Source: Nitrospinales bacterium
Lineage (GTDB): Bacteria > Nitrospinota > Nitrospinia > Nitrospinales > JAJDAT01
Length of the DNA: 64,000 nucleotides
Direction of reading: 5' to 3'
NCBI GenBank assembly: GCA_046757665.1
Contig: JBHHYO010000001.1
Coordinates: 1-64,000, forward strand
Shown here: positions 17,364-27,513 of the stretch, one piece after another
Layout of the letters: each line of letters opens with the position of its first letter
Position numbering within the stretch: position 1 is the stretch's first letter
Notes under the pieces: generated by a model
The model's input: only the letters and a program-made list of their open reading frames with translations
Databases searched by the model: none
What the model was told of the DNA's origin: nothing
Translations under genes and position numbers: made by a program

Positions 17364-18472
17364 AACCCCCCCTTGTTTTTCAGGTAACGGTTAATGGTTT
17401 GAATAACTTTATTCTGGAGGCGGGGCTTAAATTCAGGATACATGGGCAAGGCAATGATGTCATTGCAAAGTTGCTCCGTGTTCGGGAAATCGTTTTTCTT
17501 GTAATTCAAAAATGAATGCGCTTCCTGTAAATGCAAAGGAACGGGGTAGTAAACGTTTGCCTGAATTCCCCGGCTGTCCAAATGGTCGAGCAATTGCTTT
17601 CGATTTCCCCTGAACCTCGCGGAGAAAACATGATAATTGGAGACAACATTATCAGGTATTTTCTGATGAACAAAATAGTCCTCATGCAATTTTTCTTTAT
17701 ACAAGTGGGCGATGGCTTTCCGGTCCCCATTCATTTCTTCCAGATATCTCAATTTGACACGAAGAACAGCCGCCTGCAGTTCATCCAATCGGCTATTGAC
17801 CCCGTTTATTATAATCCGGTCCTTTTCAACCATTCCATACATTCTTAACAGGGTTATTTTGTTCGCAAGCTCCTCGCTGTTTGTGCTGATGATTCCTCCA
17901 TCGCCATAGCCGCCGAGATTTTTCGTCGGATAAAAACTGAACGCCCCCAGAACCCCCAGAGTTCCCGCCTTTTTCCCCGCGATACAGCTTCCATGAGCCT
18001 GGCAGGCATCTTCAATTACGGGAATCCGGCGGTTGGTAACAGCGTCGATTTGATCAACATTTACGACATTGCCGAAGAGATGAACCGGGATTATGGCTTT
18101 GGTTTTTTCCGAAATCGCTTTTTCAATTTTGTTTACATCTATTAAATAGGTGTCTAAATCAATATCGACAAAAACCGGTCTTGCGCCGGCGGCGATTATG
18201 GCGGCTACGGTTGGAATAGCCGTAAAAGGAGTGGTGATCACCTCGTCCCCCGGCGTCAACCCAAGCGCTTTCATGGATAATATCAAGGCATCCGTCCCGC
18301 TAGCGACGCCAACCGCATACTTCGTCCCCAGATACCGGGCAAACTCAAGTTCAAATTGCCGGACTTCTTCTCCCAGCGTATATCGCCCTGACTTCAGCGC
18401 TCTTTTTATGGAAACGTCAATTTCCTTTGAGTACTTTTTATACTGTTTTGATAAGTCACAGCGCAGGATCAT
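17360..18472 (-). CDS. DegT/DnrJ/EryC1/StrS aminotransferase
   Basis: SGTDAL, PVHLFG, EDACQAHG, SFYPTKNLG and NSRLDELQAA motifs. Confidence 0.93.
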   Translation of the reverse strand: MILRCDLSKQYKKYSKEIDVSIKRALKSGRYTLGEEVRQFELEFARYLGTKYAVGVASGTDALILSMKALGLTPGDEVITTPFTAIPTVAAIIAAGARPVFVDIDLDTYLIDVNKIEKAISEKTKAIIPVHLFGNVVNVDQIDAVTNRRIPVIEDACQAHGSCIAGKKAGTLGVLGAFSFYPTKNLGGYGDGGIISTNSEELANKITLLRMYGMVEKDRIIINGVNSRLDELQAAVLRVKLRYLEEMNGDRKAIAHLYKEKLHEDYFVHQKIPDNVVSNYHVFSARFRGNRKQLLDHLDSRGIQANVYYPVPLHLQEAHSFLNYKKNDFPNTEQLCNDIIALPMYPEFKPRLQNKVIQTINRYLKNKGGL

Positions 18473-18697
18473 TACAGTCGGGCTCTCAGCTAAGGAAGGT
18501 GTTAAGGGTCTAACAGAAATGATTCATTGTGTCCGAGGACGCATCTTTTCCTCAAAGATCCAAGTGAAAATCCCGGGCAATCTCGACGAGGTTGGAGGAA
18601 GTGATACCCGCAGAGAGGATTCTGCGATAATTGGCTCTGCGCGCCAAAAACCAAAAAGACCGTAACAGTCAATCTTGAAAAAAGGGTGGTTAAAAAT

Positions 18698-19687
18698 TCA
18701 GCAAGTAGGAACTTTCCTGCTTTCAAAGTATTCGATGGTTTTTTGCAAGGACATCTTTAATTGTGTGAACTTAATATCACCTATCTTTTTTCTTAACGCC
18801 AAATCGGAATACCTGGTTTCTCCCACATCAACCAGTTTAACCTTCTCCGGAAAGGGAAGGATAACGTAGTCTCCTTTTCCCGTTATTTCTTTAATGTGTC
18901 TCAATAAAGACTCCAGGGAGACTTCCGCTCCGGCTACATTGAGCGCCTCAAAGCCCTGGAAAGCCGTGGTTGTCGCCTTTGCGATAATTCTGACCAAATC
19001 CCTGACATAAATCAAACTTTTTTTTCGGTTCGCATCGCCGTAAATTTCAACTGTCTTGCCGCTTAAAATATCCTTAATAAATGATCCCACCAACCCGATA
19101 TCCGCGCCATGGTTTTTTTGGTGCTCGCCAAAACAATTTACAATTCTCAAGCTGAGTATATTAAAACCGTATCTCGATGAATAAACCTTGTAGAAACTTT
19201 CCGCGGCCAGTTTGTTTATCCCTTGCACATCCAAAGGCGACATTGGAGTTTGTTCGGTTATTGAGTCCGTGTCAGCTTTTCCATATTGGGATCGGGATCC
19301 CAGAAAAATCACTTTTTTATCCTGGGCGGATTTCAATCCTTCGATCAGATGGATATGGGAAATAAGGTTGGCCCGGCTGTCGACGAGCGGGTATTTTATC
19401 CCCAATTCATGGGAAGTGAATCCCATGCAGTCTATGATCACATCATTTGTCTCGACAAGCTGACTTAAGTTTTCAAGACTTTCAATGGGGGTTTTAAAAA
19501 GCCGGATTCTGGATAAAAAAGGATTGATGTTCTCAATGTTGGCTCCTGTGTCTTTTACAAAACCGTCGATGATGGTGACATGGGCTCCGAGATTTAATAG
19601 CTCATCCGCCAGAACACTGCCAATGAAGCCGGCTCCACCCAGGATCAAAACATTTTTCTTGTCGTAAAACTCCATCCAGGCATTCAT
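18698..19687 (-). CDS. NAD-dependent epimerase/dehydratase
   Basis: LILGGAGFIGS Rossmann motif and extended-SDR layout; catalytic YxxxK appears as QGINK. Confidence 0.85.
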   Translation of the reverse strand: MNAWMEFYDKKNVLILGGAGFIGSVLADELLNLGAHVTIIDGFVKDTGANIENINPFLSRIRLFKTPIESLENLSQLVETNDVIIDCMGFTSHELGIKYPLVDSRANLISHIHLIEGLKSAQDKKVIFLGSRSQYGKADTDSITEQTPMSPLDVQGINKLAAESFYKVYSSRYGFNILSLRIVNCFGEHQKNHGADIGLVGSFIKDILSGKTVEIYGDANRKKSLIYVRDLVRIIAKATTTAFQGFEALNVAGAEVSLESLLRHIKEITGKGDYVILPFPEKVKLVDVGETRYSDLALRKKIGDIKFTQLKMSLQKTIEYFESRKVPTC

Positions 19688-20397
19688 GAAGTTTGGTCTT
19701 TAAAATGGTCCAAATAAGCTTCATGAGCTATTTTGTAGTCATTGATGTTGCCGATATCCAGCCAGTATTCGCTGATTAAATATTTGGCGACGGGCAATTT
19801 GGCCTTGAACATTTTTTTTATCAGCATATCCATGCCGAAATATTCATCTTCCGGGATCAAGTCGATGACCGAGGGTTTCAGCACATAAATACCTGCGATG
19901 ATTTCAAGTTTTAAATCGGGTTTTTCCTCGATGCTTGTGAGGTAATCGCCCTCGGAATTTACGTTGCCAAACTCAAAAGGGGTGATTATTTCTTTTGTTG
20001 CCACAACAAAATCCGAATCAATGCGGAGAGCAAAATCGTACAACTTCGAGAAATCCATTGTGGTCAGAATGTCTCCATTGATGACCAAAAACGGTTGATC
20101 CAGCTTATCGCTGAGCAGGCGTATGGGTCCGCAAGTTCCCAAAGGTTTTTTTTCCTTGTTGACCGTTAATTTCACGCCCAAACGGGATCCATCGGCAAAA
20201 AAGGATTGTATATAGTCGGATTTGTAGTTGGTTGCCAAATAAATTTCATCAAAGCCATGCTTTTTTAATCGTGATATTTGAACTTCCAAAAGAGACTTTT
20301 CGCCAATAGGCAACAGGGGTTTCGGTATGACTTCCGTAAACGGCTTCAACCTTGCCCCTAACCCTCCAGCTAGAATAACGGCTTTCATCGAAGACAC
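19684..20397 (-). CDS. Sugar-phosphate nucleotidyltransferase
   Basis: AVILAGGLGARLKP...PKPLLP, NGDI, EEKP and WLDIG motifs. Confidence 0.9.
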   Translation of the reverse strand: MSSMKAVILAGGLGARLKPFTEVIPKPLLPIGEKSLLEVQISRLKKHGFDEIYLATNYKSDYIQSFFADGSRLGVKLTVNKEKKPLGTCGPIRLLSDKLDQPFLVINGDILTTMDFSKLYDFALRIDSDFVVATKEIITPFEFGNVNSEGDYLTSIEEKPDLKLEIIAGIYVLKPSVIDLIPEDEYFGMDMLIKKMFKAKLPVAKYLISEYWLDIGNINDYKIAHEAYLDHFKDQTS

Positions 20398-20400
20398 CTT

Positions 20401-21375
20401 TTAAACGTTATACAAATCCAACTTGCCATGGTCCAAATTGCATTTTGTCCATTCAATGGTTTCCAACAACCCTGTTTCCAAATTATATTGGTTCTTCCAA
20501 TTGGTTTTTTGAATAAGTTTTGAATTGTCGCACAGCAATCGTTTAACCTCGCTCCCTGCCGGCCTCAACCGTTGAGTTTCGGGCTCAAGGGAAATCTCCT
20601 TACCCAGCAGTTTGGCTATAAAGCCGGCAAGGTCGCCGACGGAGATTTCTTCTTTCATGCCGATATTTGTAACTTCGCCACGAAGCGCATCCGATTTGGC
20701 GATCTCGATAAATCCTCCGACAACATCTTTTACAAATGTAAAATCTCTTGTTGGAAACAGATTGCCCAGCCGGATATTTTTTTTGTCGGCCAGAACCTGG
20801 GAAATAATGGTCGGTATAATTGCCCTCATGGATTGACGCGGCCCGTAGGCGTTGAAAGGCCTGACTATTTTTATGGGCGCGCCAAAGGAAAGATGAAAAC
20901 TCAAAGCCAGCTGGTCCGCGGCGATTTTCGTTGCCGAATAAGGGGATTGGCCGACCATGGGATGCTGTTCATCCATTGGCACATATTGAGATGAGCCGTA
21001 AACCTCGCTTGTCGAAGTGACCAAGACATTTTCGACTTCCATTTCCCTGGCGCTTTGAAGGATATTGTAGGTTCCCTCGATATTAGTTTTAATGTACGCC
21101 AAGGGAGAGACATAAGAATAAGGAATGCCCACCAAAGCCGCAAGGTGAAAAACCGTGTCTCGCCCCTCCATCGCTTTATGGACGGAATCAGAATCACGGA
21201 TGTCCCCGGAAATAATTTCGATGTCGTTTTTATACTTGGAAAAGTCCAGCCATCCCCAGCTGTTTCGCGAGTTGTAATGGACAAAGGCTCGAACTTTATA
21301 GCCTGATTCCACACATCTTTCCGTCAGGTGGGATCCTATAAACCCTCCCGCCCCGGTTACCAGAATATGCTTCAT
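20401..21375 (-). CDS. NDP-sugar 4,6-dehydratase, LegB-like SDR
   Basis: TGAGGFIGSHL, YNSRNSWGWLD, IPYSYVSP, STSEVYG and QSPYSATK. Confidence 0.85.
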   Translation of the reverse strand: MKHILVTGAGGFIGSHLTERCVESGYKVRAFVHYNSRNSWGWLDFSKYKNDIEIISGDIRDSDSVHKAMEGRDTVFHLAALVGIPYSYVSPLAYIKTNIEGTYNILQSAREMEVENVLVTSTSEVYGSSQYVPMDEQHPMVGQSPYSATKIAADQLALSFHLSFGAPIKIVRPFNAYGPRQSMRAIIPTIISQVLADKKNIRLGNLFPTRDFTFVKDVVGGFIEIAKSDALRGEVTNIGMKEEISVGDLAGFIAKLLGKEISLEPETQRLRPAGSEVKRLLCDNSKLIQKTNWKNQYNLETGLLETIEWTKCNLDHGKLDLYNV

Positions 21376-21738
21376 AAATCCATGCCCTTGGATGAACTAC
21401 AAAAACGGAGTGGATGGTTCTGCTACCCAATCAACTTTAATGGAAGTTGTTCGCGGCGTCCAGGAATGCGGATGCCGAATATCGAACGTATGATACTAGT
21501 CGAACACTATCCCGTCTACATAAATCGCCCGCAAGCTTGACTCACGCAGGGCACCGCTGTCTCAGCGTCTCAACAGCTCCACGGGCAAGAATAGCTGACC
21601 CTTCCGGCCCAATGACCGATAACTCTTTTCTGTGTTTCTTGTCCAGAATGTGATAATTTCTATCAATGGCAGTTTCCTCCTTTAATGTTTTACGCCTGAT
21701 CTTTTAAACCCTTTATCAGCCCGTTCCATCACCCAGCC

Positions 21739-23373
21739 ATGCCTCCTGATAAACTCTGGAAAGCCCACTCCCTGCCCATTGCATTTTTGACGGTTTATTC
21801 GGCAATGCTTATTTTCACCGGTCTGGATGACAGTGTCCTTCAAGTCGATGAAGGTGCGGATACTTTTATCTCCACCACGATTCTGAAATATGGCGTCCCC
21901 ATGCATTCAGACGGGGTCAACCATATCATGGAGTTTGCGGATGTTTACGAGGGATTGTTTGTCTATCGGACATGGTTCCCCTATTACATTCAGGCATTTT
22001 CATTGTGGGTCTTGGGGCATACCACCTTTGCGGCGCGGTTTCCTTTTGCCCTTTGCGGGGTATTTTCCGTCCTCTTTTTGTACGTTCTGACGTTAAAGCT
22101 CACCTCAAAAAAAACCGTCGCTTTCCTGGCTTCTCTATTTCTTGCTTCTTCGGTTCCGGCGATTCTTTACTTCCGAACGGCCCGGTACATTGGGTTTCCG
22201 ATCTTGTTGACGATACTGCTGATCTTTTTTTACATGAAAATGTATGATGAGGACAAAAAATGGAATCTTGTTCCGTTCGCCATTACTTCCATATTGTATT
22301 TTCATTCGATGTACGTTGAATTTGCCGGAACCATCCTCGGCATTTTTATTCATTTCCTCCTTCACCGGAAAACTCTGAGCGGCGAAACTCAGAAGAAGGT
22401 ACTCATTTGTATGGGTGTAATCATCGCATTTACGCTTCCGTGGATAATTTTTATTTCACCGGTTTTCCAAAAAGTATACCAGGTCCTTGAAATAAGAAGT
22501 CGCTACATTGACGTAACCTCTTGGGGCTATTTAAAGCGGTTTTTTGCCTTCTTGTTTCAGTTGAACAATTACATTTTCCCCTTCATTGTTATTCCTGTTT
22601 TATTCCTTAAGCGTCTGGGCGCTTACAAATCGCAAATCCAGCTCCTTGTTATTTGCACCTTGACCACGGTTGGTATTTCCGTGCTTCATTACATTCCGCT
22701 ACAAAATTATATCGCATCCGTTTTCCCCCTGGTTTTTATCCTGCTGGCCCTTATTATTGCAGAAGGGTTCCGGGCGCCGCTTTTGGTGAAGACAACCGCA
22801 GTCCTGTTGCTGATTTCCACCAACATCTTTCACGTGGGTCCGTTGCTTCCCGTGAAGAAAGTTCTCGTCACGCAACCCGGCTGGTTTGAGAGTAGTCAAT
22901 ATCTCAAAGGGGTTCACTCTACCTTTGTTTGGCAGGTCGATTTGTTTTCAATATACTTTAAATATTTGTATGAGATTTCTCACCCCTACAAGGGGCCCCT
23001 GGACGCCGTGGTTGCATTTTTCAACAACCGTGGGAAGCCGGGAGACACCTGCGTTATCGACCGGGAGGGAATTTCGTTGGCGTTTTACACCGGAATGAAA
23101 TTGATAAATAAAAATAATCTGACTTTTCAAGATACGCCTGATTGGATTATATTACGAAGCAAGAGTATCGATTTAGACGGGGAAAAGTCTACCCTTTCTT
23201 CCACCCTGGCTACCCTGAAGACGATTGTCCAATCCAACCCTTACGAGAAGTTTGTTTTAAATGCCCCGGTAAACCGCATCAACAATTCGTATGAAATTCA
23301 ATTGCACAAGTTCCAAATTCCCGCTAAAAAAGGTAAGATTTATATCTATAAATTAATCAAGCCCTCGACGTGA
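21739..23373 (+). CDS. ArnT/GT39-like membrane glycosyltransferase (GT-C)
   Basis: LQVDEG acidic loop, AARFPFALCG and YFRTARY; multiple TM segments. Confidence 0.75.
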   Translation: MPPDKLWKAHSLPIAFLTVYSAMLIFTGLDDSVLQVDEGADTFISTTILKYGVPMHSDGVNHIMEFADVYEGLFVYRTWFPYYIQAFSLWVLGHTTFAARFPFALCGVFSVLFLYVLTLKLTSKKTVAFLASLFLASSVPAILYFRTARYIGFPILLTILLIFFYMKMYDEDKKWNLVPFAITSILYFHSMYVEFAGTILGIFIHFLLHRKTLSGETQKKVLICMGVIIAFTLPWIIFISPVFQKVYQVLEIRSRYIDVTSWGYLKRFFAFLFQLNNYIFPFIVIPVLFLKRLGAYKSQIQLLVICTLTTVGISVLHYIPLQNYIASVFPLVFILLALIIAEGFRAPLLVKTTAVLLLISTNIFHVGPLLPVKKVLVTQPGWFESSQYLKGVHSTFVWQVDLFSIYFKYLYEISHPYKGPLDAVVAFFNNRGKPGDTCVIDREGISLAFYTGMKLINKNNLTFQDTPDWIILRSKSIDLDGEKSTLSSTLATLKTIVQSNPYEKFVLNAPVNRINNSYEIQLHKFQIPAKKGKIYIYKLIKPST

Positions 23374-24323
23374 AACTCATCATCCAAATTCCCTGCCTCA
23401 ACGAAGAGGAAACCCTGCCGGCTACTTTAGCGGATCTGCCGAAAGAGATCGACGGGGTGGATAGCATCGAAATCCTGGTCATCGACGACGGCAGTACGGA
23501 CCGCACCGTGGAGGTGGCGCGCGAGCACGGCGTCGACCACGTTCTTCGTTTGACCAACAACAAGGGTCTGGCCAAGGCGTTCATGCACGGCATCAACTAC
23601 GCCCTGGAGCAGGAGGCGGATATTATCGTCAACACCGACGCCGACAATCAATATCATGGAGGGGATATCCCCAAGCTGATTCAACCCATTATTGAGGGGC
23701 GGGCCGATATCGTCATCGGCGACCGGGAGGTGGAAACCATCAAGCATTTTTCGCCGTTGAAAATTTTTCTGCAAAAATTCGGCAGTTGGGTGGTGCGCCA
23801 GTTTTCGGGAACCGATATTCCGGACGTCACCAGCGGTTTTCGCGCCTATTCCCGGGAAGCCGCGCTACAACTTAACGTCGTCTCGGATTTCACCTACACC
23901 GTCGAAACCATCATCAGCGCCGGCAAGAAGAATCTGGCGATTACCCATGTTCCCATAAGAACCAATCCGCAATTGCGCGAATCCCGGTTGTTTCCCAGCA
24001 TCCGCGCCTACATCCAGCGAACGGTCATCACCATCATTAAAATTTACTCCATGTACAAGCCGCTGAAGGTGTTTTCCATCGTCGGCGGCGCCTCTTTTTC
24101 ATTGGGATTCATCATCGGTTGCCGTTACCTGTACTTTTTCTTTCAAGGCAGTACCGCCGGACACATCCAATCCCTGATTCTTTCGGCGATCTTGTTAATC
24201 GTCGGGTTTCAAATTATAATGATGGGAATCATGGCCGAGTTGATCGCCATCAACCGGCAACTCCTGGAAGATGTCCAGTTGAGGATCAAAAAAAAGGAAT
24301 TCCGGAAGGATCGATCCGGTTGA
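23370..24323 (+). CDS. GT2 glycosyltransferase with two C-terminal TM helices
   Basis: IQIPCLNEE, IDDGSTD, NTDADNQY and DVTSGFRAYSR. Confidence 0.92.
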   Translation: MKLIIQIPCLNEEETLPATLADLPKEIDGVDSIEILVIDDGSTDRTVEVAREHGVDHVLRLTNNKGLAKAFMHGINYALEQEADIIVNTDADNQYHGGDIPKLIQPIIEGRADIVIGDREVETIKHFSPLKIFLQKFGSWVVRQFSGTDIPDVTSGFRAYSREAALQLNVVSDFTYTVETIISAGKKNLAITHVPIRTNPQLRESRLFPSIRAYIQRTVITIIKIYSMYKPLKVFSIVGGASFSLGFIIGCRYLYFFFQGSTAGHIQSLILSAILLIVGFQIIMMGIMAELIAINRQLLEDVQLRIKKKEFRKDRSG

Positions 24324-24356
24324 TTTCTCCGTGATTTTTCACCCCGCTTCGGCCTC

Positions 24357-25121
24357 ATGATGTCACAAACAAATATTGGGCTGTACCAAAAATCAAGAAA
24401 AGTCGATAAAGAAGACTACGAGACTCCTTACGAATCGTTTGCGACCGATTTTTACCAGAGACTCATTACTGAAAAGCTAAAAGACCAAGATGCCAGAATC
24501 CTTGACGTGGGGTGTTTCAAGGGGATACTGGTAAACAAACTTCGGAGCTACAAATCATTTGGTCTGGACGTTACAGCGGATGGTTTTTTCAAACCCGGGA
24601 AATACATGGTTGGCACTGCCGAACATTTACCCGTCAAGTCCGATTCGCTGGATTGTGTTGCCATCACCGAAGTGATTGAACACATCATGGAACCCGCGAA
24701 AGTTTTTCAGGAAATTCACAGGGTTCTTAAGCCGAAAGGCTATTTATTGATTACCCACCCTAACAAATATAACCTCTTCGACGAGCTTATTGAACATATA
24801 AAAGAAAACAATACCGTGAGAAGGTTATTGAATCGTCCTCTTTACGAGGGGGTTCAACATGTACAGGAGTTTACCTACTCTGACACGATTGATTTCCTGA
24901 AACCGCTTAACTTCACCATTGAGTCCTGCCATGCGCTCACGTTTTCCCTGCACCGGATTTTTTCCATGTTTGTTTACGGAAGGTTAAAATGCACCCCCGT
25001 ATTCAAGTTAATAGAAAAAGTAATTCAATTGGAATATTTCTTGATGAGACGATTAGGGAAGGCGGGGCTTCCCTTGGCCGGTAGTTGCATTATGTTGTTC
25101 AAGGCATCGAAGACCGTTTAG
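24357..25121 (+). CDS. Class I SAM-dependent methyltransferase
   Basis: ILDVGC, EVIEHI and HRVLKPKG motifs. Confidence 0.85.
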   Translation: MMSQTNIGLYQKSRKVDKEDYETPYESFATDFYQRLITEKLKDQDARILDVGCFKGILVNKLRSYKSFGLDVTADGFFKPGKYMVGTAEHLPVKSDSLDCVAITEVIEHIMEPAKVFQEIHRVLKPKGYLLITHPNKYNLFDELIEHIKENNTVRRLLNRPLYEGVQHVQEFTYSDTIDFLKPLNFTIESCHALTFSLHRIFSMFVYGRLKCTPVFKLIEKVIQLEYFLMRRLGKAGLPLAGSCIMLFKASKTV

Positions 25122-25162
25122 AGTCAACGCTTCTTTTTCCCAATAGCCTTATTTCTCCAAAC

Positions 25163-26374
25163 ATGAAAAAAAACGTGCTCGTTTTCACCTCCACTTTTCC
25201 ACGATGGCAGTCCGATCCGGTTACGGCGCGGTTCGTTTTGGATTTGGCGAGGGAACTGACAAAATATTGCAACACCTACGTCCTGACCCCTCACACTCCG
25301 GGAGCGAAAAAGCATGAGGAATGGGATGGACTGAAAATCATCCGGTTTCCCTATTTTTATCCGCTGGCCTCGCAGGCGCTGGTAAACGGTTCCGGGATGC
25401 TGGCGTGTTTACGAAAAAACAAGCTTTCGATGGCGCAAATTCCCGCGTTCCTGCTTTGTCAACTCCAGGCGTTGCGCCGGGTGGTCAAGGAATTCAAAAT
25501 CGACGTGGTGAACAGCCATTGGATGATTCCCCAGGGTTTCAGCGCCGCATGGCTCAAACCCTCGCTGGGATTCAAGCATATTCTGACCATTCATGCGGCC
25601 GGACTGTTTGCCCTGCGGCGGTTACCCCTCGGCAAACAGATGGCTAAAATGATCGTCAGGAATACGGAAAAAATCTATAGCGTCAGCGCCTACAATCAGC
25701 GCATGTTGAGCGACCTGGTGCAAACCGAGGTTCAGGCTCAAATCCTTCCCATGGGCATTCACACCGGATTTTATGACGACAGCATGGACCAGCAAACCGC
25801 GCGGCAGGAGTTGGGAATCGGGGAAGGAAAAATCATCCTCTACGTCGGAAAACTCAGCGAAAAAAAAGGCGTCACCTATCTCATGCGGGCTTTCAGTCAA
25901 GTGGGCAAAGAATGTTCGGACGTCTCTTTGGTCATCGTCGGTGGAGGTGAACTGGAGCATCCCTTGAAATCAGAGGCGGAACGGTTGGGTATTTCCTCCA
26001 GAGTCATTTTCGCGGGATACCGGGGAAAAGAGGAAATCAAAAAATATTATAAAGCCTGCGATCTCGTCGTCATTCCTTCCATCATCGACTCCAGGGGAGA
26101 AACCGAGGGACTGCCCGTGGTTCTGTTGGAGGCATTGGCCTCGGGCAAACCCGTTGTGGCTACCCGGGTCGGCGGCATGGCCGATGTGGTGAGGGACGGG
26201 GAAAACGGGTTTCTCGTCCCCCAAAAAGAGCCGCGGGTGCTGGCGGAAAAAATCGAAATCGTATTCAACGTCGGTCCCGAAAACTTTTCCCAACAAGCTT
26301 TGAACTCCGCGAAAAAATACGATTGGGAAACCATTGGATTGGATTACAACAAAAGCGTTTTAAAACTTGTCTGA
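25163..26374 (+). CDS. GT4 glycosyltransferase
   Basis: TSTFPRW, YVGKLSEKKG and EGLPVVLLEALASGKPVVAT. Start ATG 25163 inferred. Confidence 0.9.
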   Translation: MKKNVLVFTSTFPRWQSDPVTARFVLDLARELTKYCNTYVLTPHTPGAKKHEEWDGLKIIRFPYFYPLASQALVNGSGMLACLRKNKLSMAQIPAFLLCQLQALRRVVKEFKIDVVNSHWMIPQGFSAAWLKPSLGFKHILTIHAAGLFALRRLPLGKQMAKMIVRNTEKIYSVSAYNQRMLSDLVQTEVQAQILPMGIHTGFYDDSMDQQTARQELGIGEGKIILYVGKLSEKKGVTYLMRAFSQVGKECSDVSLVIVGGGELEHPLKSEAERLGISSRVIFAGYRGKEEIKKYYKACDLVVIPSIIDSRGETEGLPVVLLEALASGKPVVATRVGGMADVVRDGENGFLVPQKEPRVLAEKIEIVFNVGPENFSQQALNSAKKYDWETIGLDYNKSVLKLV

Positions 26375-26461
26375 CGCGGTCGGCTGGATATTATGGAAGT
26401 ATTCCTTCCAACTCATAGCAAAACATTCGACCGCATCGGATTGAACAGGGACACGCAACCC

Positions 26462-27403
26462 ATGCCCGCTAAAAAACGGATGGCCATGCGGATTTTGGCA
26501 GTCATCGCCTTGATGGCGGCCTTTGGATTCATCGGCCGGGTCTGCTACAAAAACTGGGAACGGCTGGAGAATTTAACCGTTCACTTTGATTTGGCTTTCG
26601 TTGCGCTATCGGTTTTTTTGCTTTCCGCGGCCATCTTCAGCGCCGGTTGGGGCTGGTTTATTATTCTCAGGTCCGTTGGGATAAATGCGCCCTATCGCCT
26701 GGTGCAATATAACTGGTTTTTGTCGAACCTTGGCAAATACATTCCCGGAAAAATTTGGACCATTTCCAGCCGCGTTTATCTTCATAGCGCTCACAATCAC
26801 TCCGCGAAACAGGTGGTTTCCGCCAGTCTTCTTGAAGCTATATTCTCTTATACGGTAGCCGTGCTTGTCGTTTTAATCCTGGCGGTCTATCTGGGAAAAC
26901 TGAATGTTTATTTAGGCCCGCTGGCACTGATCTTTTTTCTTGGCTGTCTTTTCCTGTCTCCCAGGCTTTTCTCAAAAGCTCTGAACCTGGGTTTATCCTT
27001 GATTAAAAAAGGGGATATCCAAATCACCCTGGACATTGTGTCCCGGCTAAAAATTGCTTTTGTCTATTTGGGAGCTTTTATCTTCTGGGGCCTGGCTTTC
27101 TCCTTTTTCGTCAAATCGCTTTTCCCGGTGGCGCCCAGCGAATTCGCTTATTTCACCTTGTCCTTTGTTTTCTCCAGTCTGGCCGGCATGTTGGCATTTT
27201 TTGTTCCCAAGGGAGTGGGGGTCAGGGAAAGCATGTTGGTTCTCATGTTGTCACCAGTCATCGGCGAGCCGGCCGCCTTGGTGGCGGCCATCTCCTCCCG
27301 CTTATGGATTGTTTTGACGGAAGCTTTCCTGATGTTTCTCAGTTATCTGGCATTTAAGCCTAAAGCGGGCAAAGCTCCAGCTTTAGAAAAAGAAACAGCG
27401 TGA
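26462..27403 (+). CDS. Lysylphosphatidylglycerol synthase TM/UPF0104 flippase-like membrane protein
   Basis: SNLGKYIPGKIW and PKGVGVRE...SRLW signature; polytopic. Start uncertain (26393, 26462 or 26480). Confidence 0.8.
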   Translation: MPAKKRMAMRILAVIALMAAFGFIGRVCYKNWERLENLTVHFDLAFVALSVFLLSAAIFSAGWGWFIILRSVGINAPYRLVQYNWFLSNLGKYIPGKIWTISSRVYLHSAHNHSAKQVVSASLLEAIFSYTVAVLVVLILAVYLGKLNVYLGPLALIFFLGCLFLSPRLFSKALNLGLSLIKKGDIQITLDIVSRLKIAFVYLGAFIFWGLAFSFFVKSLFPVAPSEFAYFTLSFVFSSLAGMLAFFVPKGVGVRESMLVLMLSPVIGEPAALVAAISSRLWIVLTEAFLMFLSYLAFKPKAGKAPALEKETA

Positions 27404-27513
27404 GCCAAGAAATCAGGCCGTACTCTCTTATGATCGGCAGGCTCCTGTGTTATATTGTGAAATTAGCGGGTAATCCTGAAACCATGAAATTTTAAGACGC
27501 TTTTTTGAATGTC

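Noticed and set aside
18502-18726. 74-aa ORF in the gap of the amino-sugar cassette
   Set aside because: No motif or clear SD and it overlaps the upstream gene; cannot be supported.
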